A DNA stretch of 64,000 bases from Anthoceros angustus (GCA_010909165.1 VJWM01000144.1:186001-250000); one strand, 5' to 3'. Counted from the stretch's first letter, positions 26,206-39,660 are shown. A program made the numbers and translations. Notes: generated by a model from the sequence alone, not told the origin.

Positions 26206-27329
26206 CCGAAAAGGAGAACTCGAAGAAAGCCATCGTGTCGAATTAGATTCATTAAGAGCTTATAAAACTTGGAAACTAACTACATTACCTAAGGGTAGGA
26301 AGTTAGTTGGTTCTAAGTGGACCTTTAAGATTAAGCTAAATCTTGTGAGACATAGAGGTACAAGGCTAGTTAGTCGCTAAAGGGTACTCATGAAACATGG
26401 CCGACTACGAGACCTTTAGCCGTGCTTAAAATTACCTCATTAAGGATCCTAAAGGCTTTAGCTGCTCACCATGATTATGAGTTGATGCGGTTAGATATCA
26501 AAACACATCTAGGAAAACGTGTCCTTTACTACGGAATTTACTACGGACATTACTACTAAATTACAACACTTGTAGTAAAATGCCCGCTAAACACAGCGTT
26601 AATTTCCGTGGTAATGTCTTCAAACCGTATACCATGGCTATATACCGTATTCGATGTGACATACATACGATGTACTTTACTGAGTTGACCGTGACATGGG
26701 TTAGGGTTTAACTATTCACTTTACAACAACAATTATCTACAAATTCGACATTTACAATAAATCGTAATCATGGTTAATAAAATATGGTTAAGTAACCAAT
26801 GTGAATTAACTCAAGTTTATTAACTGAAGTTAAATAACAATGGTTTATAAACCATAGTTATGTAACCATGGTTAGGTTAATCAGCAATCAGAGTTATAAC
26901 GGCCAAAACACCGCTGCAAAATAAGGCGCGTAGTAAAAATCAAGTAAACAGGAACGTAGTAAAGTAAAACGGATTTATATTCGTAGTAAAGTGCACTGTA
27001 GTAAAATGAAGGGGTGCTAGGCGGTGTGGGTTATGGGTAATCAATTCGGTGATTGCACCTACATCCTACAATATATTAGACTCCCAGCCCCCTACATGCT
27101 ACAGGGCATCTAAAATTTTCTCCACCCAAAGACATCAACTCAAAGACGTGCCCCAAAGGTTTGCCACCGCCAAAAAGAAAACCACAAACTTAAATCCTTT
27201 AAGTTCAGAACTTCGCTATCCCAAAATAGACACAATAGTCCCGGACAACGACCTAACGTAATCATGCTCAAGCATCCTCGCTTGTCTTGCAACTTTTGGG
27301 AAGATAATGCCCCACCATCCACCGTCATC

Positions 27330-29130
27330 TATGACATTCGCTTTAAGATGGCCTCCATGACCTTCTCATCGCACTCCTTGATGGAATAGCCGCATCCTTC
27401 AACAAGGTCCACACATTAATCGCCTTGTCCTTCCTCGCCTTTGAGTCCACTTGCGGACCCAAAAGCTTGAGTTCTAGTTCCATCGCATCCAAAACTCTTT
27501 CAACTTTGTAAGCCAAGCCCCATGATTGGTGCCAAAGATTGATTTCATCCATGGTTGGGTCTCGCAAACTTCCTCTAAACCCGCCAAGAAACCCCTTCGC
27601 CCGCCATATCCAAAACATGCATAGCTATTACTTCCCACCTCCTTGCTCCTCCTCATGGCGCTAGCTTGGGCAACAACTCCATCCATCTTGTCTTGCTCCT
27701 CTTTCAAAAGGCCTCCCAAGATTCTTGCTTCACACTCTTGGGACATACTTGGGTGCGCTTTTGTCCTTGCAAGAAATAACGGGCTTCCTTCCTAACATTG
27801 TTCCTCCAAAATTTGATTAGGGTTCAAATTGCAAGACAATCAAAAGACCATGGACCACTCAAAGTCCGCTGATATGTCTCAACATGAAGCACACACGCCC
27901 CAAAGGGATGTATGAGAGGATTGAGGTTGCAAAATGCACTGTCCTTCATGGGCAGGACCAAAGATGTTTAGTGCATAGCCTCCAAATATGGCATAAAAGC
28001 CTGCCCCAGTCGCCGCAAAGAAATTCTGCCTCCCAAATTTGGGGCCTGAACCAGTGCCCCCATGTCAGGGCTGACATTTCGTGCCCCGAAATTTCATCTG
28101 CGGCCCCGAAATTTCGTGCTACAAAACTAAAAATGCCACCAAACATTGAAGACCACCAAGGATGGATGTGGCAGAAGCACGTGATGGACATCGTGCACCC
28201 TTTTCCTCTTGGGCCCCTAGAGCACTTTATGTCCAAATCTCGACATTCCATTGGAATGATATCATCTTCCTCACCACAAGATCATGAGGAAGATGTCGAT
28301 GCCGCTCTCCTCGCAGTATAGCAACTTTGCTTGCTCGCCACCCTCCAAGTCCCGCTCGACTAGTTGAAGATGAACATGTTTCATCGGAAGGTGTCCCATG
28401 TGCTTTAGGAGGGGCGTGTTTCGTGCCCTTCTCGCACTCTTCACATGCTTCACAAAATTAGACCACAGATGTTGTCTGTCGGTACCATGTTGATAGCTTC
28501 TTAACGTTCCTGCGGGTTCTCACTCGTTCTCTTCAACTTCTACCAATAGTGCATCATGGTTACCGCTAAGGTAACGCCGCCCAACGCAGCATGTATGGCT
28601 CATGGCGGGTTTGGGGAAGGACCTTGGTGCACTCGATGTATTGCTACCGGCGCTGCATTTGACGTCCCCAACCACCTCCTCTCTCGGATCGCAGCTTGTG
28701 CATCACAGAGCCCCTTCTATAGGAGCCGACACGTCCCCAACGGCCCGACAGTGATCTTGGTCGCTTTTGCCTTCACACAGCGCGCCTTCCTCGCCCAAGT
28801 CCGAATCGCCTCCATGATTTTATGAGTGGTGTGAGCCCATGCCCGTTCTTCAAATATGGCGACACTCATCCTTGTGAAATCTGCCTCTTCTGTCTTCATC
28901 CTCTCCGAACATGCGGATGATGCCCTAGCCGACTGTGCTCGCGTTTTGGTCCTTCACCCCGCCGTAGATGACGCCCACGCGCTTGTCTCCGGCGCCATCG
29001 ACCCTCCCACCCATGGAGGAACTTACCCTTAACTTGCCCACCGCGCTTCCTCCCTCTTGTTCCATTGTGCCCCAAGCCTTGAGAGGCAAATCAAAGTCCT
29101 CCTCCTCCTTTCCCGCATCTTCAAGAAGTC
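27330..29130 (-). pseudogene. Uncharacterised cargo gene of element X
   Basis: Protein-like fragments recur in the copies: AIFEERAWAHTTHKIME; IPMECRDLDIKCSRGPRGKGCTMSITCFCHIHPW; HPFWKQIKRVCFMLRH; HGAWLTKLKEFW...KDKAINVWTLLKDAGYSIKECDEKVMEAIL. No family recognised. Confidence 0.5.
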
Positions 29131-30304
29131 GAGACTTTGCCTGCTCTTTTCACCGCCGCCACTTGCCCTTCAGCCTCCGTGACGCCGAGCAATTTCAGCC
29201 GCCTGTTCCGTGAATTACTGACGGTCCATTTAGTCCGCCCGTCCACCGTGGCCTCCACAGAAAGATCTCCGCTACTAATGCTTGCCGCCAGCGCCGGGTC
29301 TCGAATCGGCTCGCATGCTTGAATCTTCCTCGCTGCTTTAGGCATCTACGACACAAGACTGGCCGTGATTCACGGAGCTTTGGAAAGGTCACTTCTGATT
29401 GGGAGGGAAAAAAGGAGAACATACCTCAACCTTAGCCGGTTTAGACCACGCTCGATGTGTCCTCCACCGCCCCGATCCGCTGTAGTAAGAATTTCAAAGT
29501 AGGGTTGTCACGCGGTGCTTGAAACCCCGAATCGAGAATTGGTAGAGCAAGGGAGAAGAGAGGACGAACAAAGTCACATGGACTTCCTCAGTACCGGGCA
29601 GAACGATACAAGTTTCATTTCGCGGATGTAACATGGCGAAACCAACTCAAACTACACAGGTTTATTATCCATTATTTACGGTCCATATATAGGCGTAAGG
29701 TCCTTGGCCTTTGGTACCCAAGTTCACCATCCGACCCAAACTCGGCTTTGAAGCCCAAGGAGTCATATTTGCTTTTTCAAGTCCAAGGAAAAGTTTTGCA
29801 ATTTTCATGAGCCAAGGAAACCCATTTCATCATGAGCCTATATATAGGCCATGTAATTGCTTTCTTTCACCCTAAGTCCAATCCGAGGCGTGAGTGTCCT
29901 TGGATTTTGGTGCCCATGGCAACTTCACCATCCGACCACCACGGCCAAGCCCAAGGAAAATGTTATTTGAATTTTCGATGGGTTTTGTTAACCATGGTTC
30001 GTCAAACCATGGATTCACGAACTCAAAGTCCAAGGAAACTCGTCGACCCTAAAGTGTCTCTCGACCACTTGAGAGCAAGATCCGCACTTTCACCAGACAC
30101 GTTCACACCGATCGATCCAAGCTCAGCACGCAGCCATGTGGCGTGTAACGCCTGCTTGCATTTGGGTGCACATGGCATGCGCCATTGGTCACACTTGACA
30201 CCATAGGGGCCCCGCCGCCATCCTCCTCGTCCGATGCCGAGCCCACCCGCAAGGTTGCGCACATTATCTCGCAAGCGCGCTCATGATTCGCAAGTCAAGG
30301 ATAT

Positions 30305-30465
30305 TTTAACCAAACCCTAACTCAAGTTTTCCTTGGCTTCGGTAACCAAACCCTAACTCATGTTTCCCATGGGTTATGGTGTACCCTAACCCTAACCCGA
30401 AAGCCAAGGAGACTTGGGTTTGGGCTATATATGCCTCCATGGCCGGATATGTAACTAGGGTTTAT
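30305..30465. promoter_or_regulatory. Telo-box cluster with site II-like TGGGCT and TATA-like motif in element X (also at 21268-21420)
   Basis: aaaccctaa twice, ccctaaccctaaccc, tgggctatatat, ctagggttt. Confidence 0.45.
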
Positions 30466-32960
30466 GGTTTGACTGGGAAACGAATCTTGTTGACCACTCC
30501 AGCGCACCATCCTCGGCTCTCGCCATTCACTTGTCTAAAGGCACGCGGCATTTCATATGGAATGCACGTCATTGAATCCACTCGCCGCCACAAGTGTGCA
30601 TCCATTGGTGCCAGATGGGCATAAATGGAGGCATTGCTTGTTTGGCACACTCGACCGGCTTCGGATTTGCATGGTGCGTTTGGTCTTCCCACGAAGCCCG
30701 AATCCAGCCTTCTTATTTTGTCCTCCTAGATTTGCATGAAGCGCGCTTGCCTTCCTTGCCCTCGCAGCAAAGGTGAATTTTTCGTCACGACTTGCTTCAT
30801 GGTTCCGCTAATCGCCTCACAACGGCAAACGCGCGAGGGCAAGGAAGAACGCCCAATGTCTGGAGGAAATGGCCCCAGCAATCCGGATGGCAGCTGGGCG
30901 GCGGAGTGCCTGGAGATTTATCGCCAGACATGGGAGCAGGCCTGGTCGAATCGGAGGCTTCCGGTGCGCGACCCACACACGTCAGATGAGGTTGCAGACC
31001 GGCTTCTGGCACCCCAATCTACGGCGGAAGCCTTGGACTTCAAGAGCCGGGTGATGGAGATGGAGCAATGCTTCATGGAAATTATTGCCTCCTGAGGCTC
31101 GAGAGCGCCTGCACCTAGGTTGTTCCTTGATTGGATTGAAGCACGACACTTTTGCAAGTCTACTACAGTCGCCAACGGCGATGTGGAGATGATCAAGGAG
31201 GATTTTCAGCTTGTCCACCCGCAGCCCCTTTGTTCTCGCTTACAGTCGCCTAGCCCAAGCCTTAACCGATGTACACGCTACCTCTACGATTTTTCTTTTA
31301 GGGTAATAAGACGTGGTTTATCATCAAACCCATTCTAAATTAGTGTTGTAAACGAGCATCGTAAAGAGTCTTGTTGTAAACTCTAAGGTGTAGTAAACTA
31401 TGGGATGTTGTAAAATACCATTGGCATGTTGTAAAAGAACCCGTTGTAATGGAGAAAGTCTCAGAGTAAATTGATGGCCCGTAGTAAACAAACATGCCAT
31501 CGTTGTAACATCCATAAGCTTGTAAGTAACAAGTGCCCCGTAGTAAAATCCATTTTGTTTTGCCACGTATTGCGCCTTTGGCAAAACAAGCCTCAGTAAA
31601 GTGGGAATGAGGTTTAGTAAATTCTGTGGCTATACTTGAAAATAATACATAGACTTGAAACGGTGCCTTCAATTGACGTAGTAAAATGGGCGACGTGGTA
31701 AATGCACTTGTAAATCGCAATTAGTAAAAGTACACTTTTCCTAGTAGTGAAATGCCTTCCTCTACGGCAACCTCAAACACAAGATCTACATGGAAATACC
31801 TGAAGGCATACAAGTTAAGGACAGTCAGTTCAATGCCTGTGAATTACTAAAAGCACTTTACGGCCTCAAACAAAGTGCTCTTGAATGGTATGAAAACTTA
31901 GATGTCACCCTTCAGGACCTAGGCTTCACTAGACTAAGCTCAGATAGCAATATCTATATCAATAGACTTAATGGTCATTTTATTGTTCTAGGCGTCTCGT
32001 TGATGATATCGTACTAATGTCTAACTCAAGCACGTCCTAGAAAACACTCGTAAAATGCTTCGGCGATTCTCAATGACCACATGTCGAGAGCTTTCCTTTG
32101 CCTAGGTATTCAAATTGTTAGAGATAGAAGCGCTAGAAGTTTATTCATCCATCGCCTAAATACATACAAGAGATTTTAGTTAAGTACAAAATGATAGATT
32201 CTAAGCCTATTTCTACACCCATGGAAACTAACCAAAAGCTAGCGAGGATGATGAACAAGAATATGATGCCAATGATCATAGCACCGACGAGGTGCCTTAC
32301 TCTTCCGCTTCTCGGAAGTTTAATGTATTTAATAGTGCACTAGACCGGACCATTTTCGGTGGGAGCTTTATCTAAGTTATCCGCTCCTACTCAAGTTCAT
32401 TGGAAGGCGATAAAGAGGATCTTGATATTTGAGAGCAACCCCGGATATGGGATTACTTTATCATTCTCAAATCCAGCGGGACCAACATCTACAACTCGGG
32501 GTTCGGACCCGGGCGGACAGAGACAACAGAAAGAGCATAAGCGACTATGTCTTCTTACTCGGCGGGAAGCAACAGGCGAGCAAGCGACAACAACAATCTC
32601 ACTCGGCTCAGCGGATCGCTCCTTAACACGCATGCAAGGAAGGACTGCAGCGGCTTACGAGCTCGCGAGTTAGGAGAAATCCAGCAAATACCAAGACCCT
32701 TGCATTGCGACAATCGAGGCTATTTCGCTAACCTACTCAAAATTCCACGCTCGAGCGAAACACGTGGAGGTACAATTTCATTTTATAAGACAAGTCGTGA
32801 CGCAAATTTGATCCTCTCAGCGGAGATGATGACGTGCTAACAAAGGCACTCGACAAAGTGAAGCACCAAGAACATTCCTTCAACATGGGATTAAGAAGCT
32901 TAGCACATATATAATAGCTTAAGAAGGTCATAGAACCTAAGAGCTAGGCGCTAGTGGGAG

Positions 32961-33152
32961 TGTTAGCATGTAGCACCTAGCCCTTAGGGCCTGATTCACA
33001 TAAAGCGTAACTTAATAGGCACATAACGAAGCGTCACGTGATTTACAACACATGACGCTTGGGCACAACCCTTGTATTTGAGCACTTCGCTCGCCATGCT
33101 TATTATTCAATCCATTCTGAACAATCGATCCCGGTCCATGTCGACCTTCACA
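32961..33152 (+). repeat. 3' LTR of copia #1 (~190 bp, TGTTAG...CTTCACA)
   Basis: Follows the PPT, has TG...CA ends, and matches 40261-40463. Confidence 0.88.
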
Positions 33153-33484
33153 AATGCATTGCTTAGTATTAGGAGCGGACGAGGAGGGGCGTGCACGGCG
33201 GTCGAGGCGTTAGGCCGAGATCGTTCTAGCCGTCGCCGACGCGTGTCCTCGGGGGCCGGAGTCGGGAGACGCGCCCGGCCTGCCGACCGAGGCGATGGCC
33301 GTCATCTGATGTTAAGAGCTATTGCGCTATGTACCCGGCTTACAACTCCCTTTTCTCTCTCTTCCAAGTAAAACAACAACTTTTAGTTTTTAACTTTTAT
33401 ATATTAAAGTGTTCGAGTTATTTTTCATCTTTTATCAGAGTGTTTTATAGTTTTACAGTTATAATTATATTTCCTAGGTGTATT

Positions 33485-34650
33485 CTACCGGGTTGAAGGG
33501 GTATACATCGGTGATTTTGGATGTGCCTTGTCTTCAGAGTAATATTTCTTCCTCTGCTCATTGTACGGTCCGGATAGAAAGTTTATCATCTCAAGTATCT
33601 CGTCCAAACGTGAATATTTCTACAGGCAATGACAATGTAAGAAATTGTGCAAATTGAAAGTAACTATTCAAAATCTTGTATACTAACCTCAAACAGTGCA
33701 AACAACTCCTTTGATTCTTCGATAGCTACAAACAAAGGTAAAAATAGGTTAATATTTTACCTCCATTTCAAGTCGAAGTAGATCTTGCTCGGAATGTACC
33801 TTTCTGACTAATGTTAAGCAATGGCTGTGAAGATTTCCCACACTGCGGAAATGCGATTGTACGTTCTAGAAAGAGACCACCGTTAGAATTTTCATATTTT
33901 TATGAACATGAAATCCTAATATTATGAGACCTTTTGAATGTTTCTCGTTGTTTCTGGATCTTCCATGAGGGACAACAAGTCTGTAGTTTTCAGCTCCTTA
34001 TTTTCAATGGCTTCCGATATCTCTACATTCCCAAAATACAGTTAATATGAAGCAATTCACTTTAAACAAATTAATTAATCTAAAAGACTTACTCTTCTGA
34101 ATCTCCCTGTGCTGCTGTAGTGTTGGTGTAGACCCATCTGCATTGAGGATCGGTTACCTTTGGATTTTGAAGGCTATGTTCCCAAATGGGAACATAGCTG
34201 TTCTTGAAATCTTGGAACGCTTGTGGATACTGGTAATTACCCATCCATTTGCCGCAATCAATAAATTTCTTTGGCGGGCCATATGTTGGAGCATAATCCT
34301 CAGACTCCTCGATCTTTCTTTTTTTCTGCTATAGAAACACAGACAAGAGTTTAATGAGCTAAAGCATTGTATTAGTTTAATTTATAAATTAATGATGTGT
34401 TTAACCAACCTGGTGGGTGATGCAGGCATTGTTGATGTTTCCGTCAATTGCTTCCATTTTGTCCTTGATTTCCTTGTACTGTTCTGCGCTGTACAAATTG
34501 TTGAATTATATCTCACTAATATATGGCATCGCTAATGTGTTTGCATACCTCCAATAGTGATTGAATTGAGATTTGATGTCCGTTGAACCTTCTAACTAGA
34601 GTCATTGTTTCCAACTCTAAGCGGCGATTGTTGTTAAAATTTTTCTTTAT
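33485..34650 (-). CDS. AT-rich multi-exon gene of unknown function (5' end not seen)
   Basis: Successive AG/GT-bounded exons: DIKKNF...SIQSLLE | YKEIKDKMEAIDGNINNACITHQ | QKKRKIEESEDYAPTYG...AAQGDSE (34092-34331, open) | ... | KYSRLDEILEMINFLSG...TPSTR*. Introns ~70-80 nt. Phases of the middle exons are unresolved. Confidence 0.5.
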
Positions 34651-34789
34651 ATCCTGCAAGTATAAGACTGGTAAGCACGTTGTGGAGTCCTTTAATCATT
34701 CATACTACATGGTGTTTGAAACTTTTACCTTTTTATTTTCTCCAGCTTGGGAGGCACACGGCAAAGGAGGCAAGTCCTTCATCCATGGA

Positions 34790-35039
34790 TGTTGAAGGAT
34801 CGTGTGGCGGCACAAGATGGTGGAAAGAGGAGAGAGGAGGAAGCAAATGGATCTCTCACATTGAGATGAGGCTTATTTATACCTCCAACAGGGCTCCTAG
34901 AAGCTCCACAAGAAGCCCCTAGGAAGGAGCACAAGAAGCTTCCTAGTGATTAGCTTCAGCTAAACTAATGATACTTAACTGACACCTAACTTAGACTAAG
35001 TGTATTAGTCTAAGTACATTGGGCTTTAATACCCTTACA
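34790..35039 (-). repeat. 3' LTR of copia #2 (250 bp)
   Basis: TGTTGAAGGATC...CCCTTACA; matches 39740 onward. Confidence 0.9.
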
Positions 35040-36668
35040 ACCTCCCACTTAAAGGCCAATTTACCTTCGTAGAAGAATGGACTACCTCATGCCCATCAGT
35101 GTCCGAGCTTGTGCAAATTGCTCGTAGAGAGTCCCTTGGTAAGAATATCTGCAGGTTTTGGCTGGTGTGAACCTTGACAAGTTGTACCCTCTTGTCATCC
35201 AACACCTCTCGAATGAAGTGATACTTCACATCCACATGTTTAGTCTTCGCATGAAACACGGATTCTTTGCCAATTGGATAGCACTGCTATCACAATGCAA
35301 CGGCGACTCAACCTTGATCCCCAAGTCTCCCACTAAACGAGCAAGCCATATGGCTTCCTTGCAAGCCTCGATTCTGCAACATACTCGGCCTCTGTGGTAG
35401 ATAGCGTAATGCACGCAAACGAGATCGCCATGAGACGCCTCCTGCATGAAGACATAACGATGTGGACCTCCTTTTGTCCATATCCTCGCATAATCGATCA
35501 TGTACCCAACCACATGCATCTTCACTACCAAAACATATGCACAAAGCTTTTGTACCATTCAGATACCTCATAACTCCTTTTACTGCCTCCCAATGCTTCT
35601 TGCCAGGGTTTGACATAAACCTGCTAACCACTCCCACTGCAAAGGCAATGTCAGGACGTGTAGCAATCATTGCATACATCAAACTCCCTACGGTGATGAG
35701 TATGGGACCTTCTCCATTTCGCTTTGTCCTCCTCGAGCTTGGGCAATCCGCGAAAGTTTCACATATGGAGGCAATGGAGTACCCAATGGCTTCCCTTCTC
35801 CATGTTGAAGCGTTGAAGCACCACATTAATGTATTCTAGACAAATAAAGCGGCTTATATGCATTCCGGCGAATACGCATGCCAAGTATATGGCTCGCCTC
35901 CCAAGTCTGTCATTTCAAAGTGAGCATTCAACTTTGACTTCAACAAATCTCATCGATCTTGTTCCGAATTAGCATATCATCCACATAGAGGATCAAAATG
36001 AGCAAGCTTTGATCCTTAGCTTGCTTATATAGAGGCAATGATCCTCATCGCTACGTTTGTAGCCTTGAGAAAGCATAAATGAGTGGAACTTGTGATACCA
36101 CTCTCGTGCTTTCAAACCATAAAGGCTCTTCCTCAACCCGCACACCGATTCTTTGCCCTTCTCAACAAAACCTTCGTTGCATGTAGACGTCCTCTTGAAG
36201 GTCACCATGCAAGAATGCCGTCTTGACATCCATCTGTACAAGTTCCATATCATTCCTGGCAACCAAAGCAAGAACACATCGCAAAGTTGTCATTTTGACT
36301 ACTGGTGAGAAAATCTCATCAAAGTCAATGCAGTTGTTGCTTGAAACCCTTAGCAACCAATCGTGCCTTGTACTTTGGTTTGCCATCAAGCGGTATGACC
36401 TTCATCTTGTACACCCATTTGCGGTAGTGCCTTCTTATCCTTAGGCAACCAACCAACTCCCAAGTTTGGTTCTTGCACAATTCATTTTATGCATGGCCTT
36501 CTCCCACTTCTGTTTGTTACTCATTGACATGGCCTCTTTGTAAGAAGAGGGTTCCCCACAATCTGTCAGCATGACATAATCCAGAGATGGATCATACCTG
36601 TCAGGAGGTCGTGTAATCCGACCTACGACCAGGCACCTCTATAGGAGCTTGTTCGACTCTTGGTTCAT

Positions 36669-37451
36669 CTACCGTGGAGGAATGTGCTCCTGCACATTAC
36701 CACGGTTATCAACCTGCCCATGATGATCATGTCCATCTTCTTGGAAGATCACCCTTCGCACCTCCACAGTTGGAGTAGGCTTCCTGTGCATCTTGTTCTC
36801 ATTGAAGAACACGTCGTTAGTACGAACAACCTTTCTAGCTTCTGGATCCCACAAACGGTATCCCATCTCACCAGAATCACCATAGCCAAGAAAAATACAT
36901 TTCTTGGACTTAGGTGCCAACTTGTCCCGAAACTCTTTTGGAACATGGCAGTATGCCTCACAGCCAAACACTCGCAGATGCTTGTAGGATGGTTTCTTTC
37001 CAGACCATAGCTCCTCTGGAACCTGCTCATCAACAGCCTTATTAGGAGATCTGTTAATAAGATGAATTGCAGTAGACACTGCTTCTGCCCAAAACCCATT
37101 AGGCAATCCAGAGTTTGACAACAAACTACGCATCCTCTCCTGAATGGTTCTGTTCATCCGCTCAGCCACACCATTTTGTGGAGGAGTATACGGCGCAGTC
37201 AATTCTCTTTTGATTCCCTTGGAATCACAGAATGACTGGAAAGCTTTCGAAACATACTCTCCACCATTATCTGTCCTTAGACACTTCAATCGGTGGCCAG
37301 ACTGATTCTCTACAAGGGTGACAAATTTCTGAAACACCGTCAGAACTTCATCCTTTTTCCTCAAAGGATAAACCCACACCTTGCGTGAGAAATCATCTAT
37401 GAAAGTGACAAAATAGGAGGCACGCCTAATGATAGAGGCATAGGTCCACAT
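36669..37451 (-). CDS. Copia integrase core + SH3 (open frame, 260 aa)
   Basis: YFVTFIDDFSRKVWVY, LRTDNGGEY, PPQNGVAERMNRT (DDE triad); HLRVFGCEAY..KCIFLGY..GYRLWD. Confidence 0.95.
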   Translation of the reverse strand: MWTYASIIRRASYFVTFIDDFSRKVWVYPLRKKDEVLTVFQKFVTLVENQSGHRLKCLRTDNGGEYVSKAFQSFCDSKGIKRELTAPYTPPQNGVAERMNRTIQERMRSLLSNSGLPNGFWAEAVSTAIHLINRSPNKAVDEQVPEELWSGKKPSYKHLRVFGCEAYCHVPKEFRDKLAPKSKKCIFLGYGDSGEMGYRLWDPEARKVVRTNDVFFNENKMHRKPTPTVEVRRVIFQEDGHDHHGQVDNRGNVQEHIPPR

Positions 37452-38984
37452 ACATCACGTGAACCAACTCAAGAGGTTTACTCTACTTTTACCTCTTGTT
37501 CGATGTGATGATTTTGTCTTCCCATATAAGCAGTGCTCACACATCGAGAGATCGAGAAGTTAAGAACAGGATATAACCGAGCGAGATAAAACCTTCATTC
37601 CCTTAGACATATGTCCTAACCGCAATGCCACAAGGAAACATTTGGTTGCTCACAACGATCACATGATCTTTGGATGTTTACAGTGAGTACAAAGTGCCAC
37701 ACTTGATCCACGAGCTAACACAAGAGAACCTTTGGAGATCTTCCAAGAGTGATCCCCAAAACCAGATGGTAACCATCATCCAACTCTGCGCTAATCATGC
37801 TCTTTGTCAACTTCGGAACATGCCTAACGTCCTTCAGCATGAATGAAGATCCGTTGTCAAACTTGAGCTGCACATCACCACGCTGCGATCGGCATGCATA
37901 GTTATTTCCAAGCCTAACACATCCTTTCCTTGTAGCATCATACGTGCTAAACCACTCTCTATGAGGAGTAACATGGAAAGATGCACCGAGTCAATTATCC
38001 AATTGCGTAATAAATGACTATCCACGGTATTAATTGTGCATTCAAGTAAGAAGAGATAAGGACATCTCCGTCCTCAACGAGTTTAACTCTTCCAACTCGA
38101 CATTAAGTCGCCTTCTTGTCGTCCCGCTTCTTCTCTTTTCCTTGGTCCTTTTGAACTTCTCGCACTCTCTTTTAGTGACCCCTTTTGTGACAATAGTGAC
38201 ACTCCACATTCTTGTTACGACTACGAGATTTGCTACGAGAAAGCTTCATCCGGTTGCTTCCCTTCGCAGGTGGACCTCCCTCTCACTATGAGGGCACGGA
38301 ACCTTTGGAAGGTTCCATGTTTTCTGTTCCTCCTCGCGGTTAACTACCTTCTACATTTACAATGGTAAGACCACTAGCGAGGCGAGAATTACTCGGTATG
38401 CAGGTCCCAACTCTCGTAATGTGACCAGAAACATAGCTCTCACGGAACGAATGATACCTTGAGATGAGAGCTGGCTGAAAATGGTATTGAAATCATTCGG
38501 ATGATCGGACATCCTCGTCCCTTCCTTCATCTTCAAGTCCACCAATTGTTTCAACCAATACACCGAGAAGCCGCACTTTGCTTCTCATACAGTCCACACA
38601 CGCCGATGTAACTCGTGGTCTTATCTTTCACATTGAAGTACCTGTTTTGACAATGTTAGCATGATAGTAGATCTAGCAAGCTCATCCAGTCCCGCCACTC
38701 ATCCCGTGTCATACTATCCGGTTTGACGCCTAACAACTTTATGGGCTTGATCGCTTTTTGCACTAGAACATTATACACTTGTTCTTTCCGAGCGGGAAGT
38801 TAGTACCATCTAACTTCTCGATATTGAACATGACGTTTTCGATGATGAAGACATCATGACTCAAAAATCGATCTGATTAAACACTCAACTCGCCTTGTTA
38901 GAAAAGTCAAAGAAAAATCACCGCGGCCGTGTATTCCGCTGACTATTCCACAAGTATTCGCCAATATTTTTCGCCGCCGCCACG

Positions 38985-39660
38985 CTCGCGCATTACTGCC
39001 TCGCACCGCGGCGCCTCTGCCCCCACTACCGTCGGCTCATACCGCGCCGCACGCTCACCGCGGCGGGCCGCCACACGCGCGCGCGCGCTGCGCACGCGCC
39101 GCACGCGGGCGCCGCGCCAAGCGCCTCAAGCACGCGCGCACGCGCCAAGCGGCCACCCCCGCGGGCGCACTGCGCCTGCGCCACTGGGCCGGCGCCACCT
39201 GCGGCTCCCGCCCGCGGCGCGCTGCGCCCCGCTGCTGGGCGGCGCTGCGCGCGGCGCCGCGCCTGCCACCCGCGGCCCGCGCCACCGCGGCGGGCCCCGC
39301 CCGCCCCGTGCGCCGCGCCCGCGCCAGCCCGGCAGCGCCCGCGCGGCGCTGCAGCGCGCCGCGCCTGGCGGCCACAGCGGCTGCGCCCAGCGCGCCCGGC
39401 GCCGCTCCCCGCGCCCGCGCCGGCACGCCGCGCGCCGCGCGGCCGCGCCTCGTCCGCGCGCCGCCCGCCTGCGCCGCAGCGTCCGCACGCCCGGCGTGCG
39501 CGCCTCCGCCCGCGGCGCCGCCAGCGCGACGGCCTCCGCGCGCCCGCGGCCGCCCGTGCGCCTGCCGCCCGGGCCGCGGCCGGCGGCCCGAGCGCTCGCG
39601 GCTCGCGCGCTCGCGGCCTGCCCTCCCGTCACGCGGCGTTCGACCCGCCGCGATGGATCA
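38985..39660. repeat. Extremely GC/CpG-rich low-complexity leader of copia #2
   Basis: Almost all G/C (gcgcgcc, cgccgcgc runs), between PBS and gag. Confidence 0.85.

Larger units (their letters stand above)
26504..31749. mobile_element. Non-autonomous CACTA element X, 5.2 kb, complete, inserted in the copia RT
   Basis: Left end CACATCTAGGAAAACGTGTCCTTTACTA versus right-end reverse complement CACTACTAGGAAAAGTGTACTTTTACTA. TSD AAA on both sides. Dense ttactac/gtagtaaa subterminal repeats. Flanks rejoin the RT motif DIK-NAFL (within 1 nt in a poly-A run). Confidence 0.88.
23826..33152 (+). mobile_element. Ty1/copia element #1, 5'-truncated (integrase, duplicated SH3/linker, RT split by element X, RNase H, 3' LTR)
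   Basis: Integrase IRSDGGEF/TTPHTSQCNGVER at 24880-25030. FIGFTDGVKGYKL twice. RT LDIK|NAFLYGNL..IYMEIPEG..KALYGLKQSALEWY split at 26503/31750. HWKAIKRI at ~32400. PPT agtgggag at 32953-32960. Confidence 0.9.
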
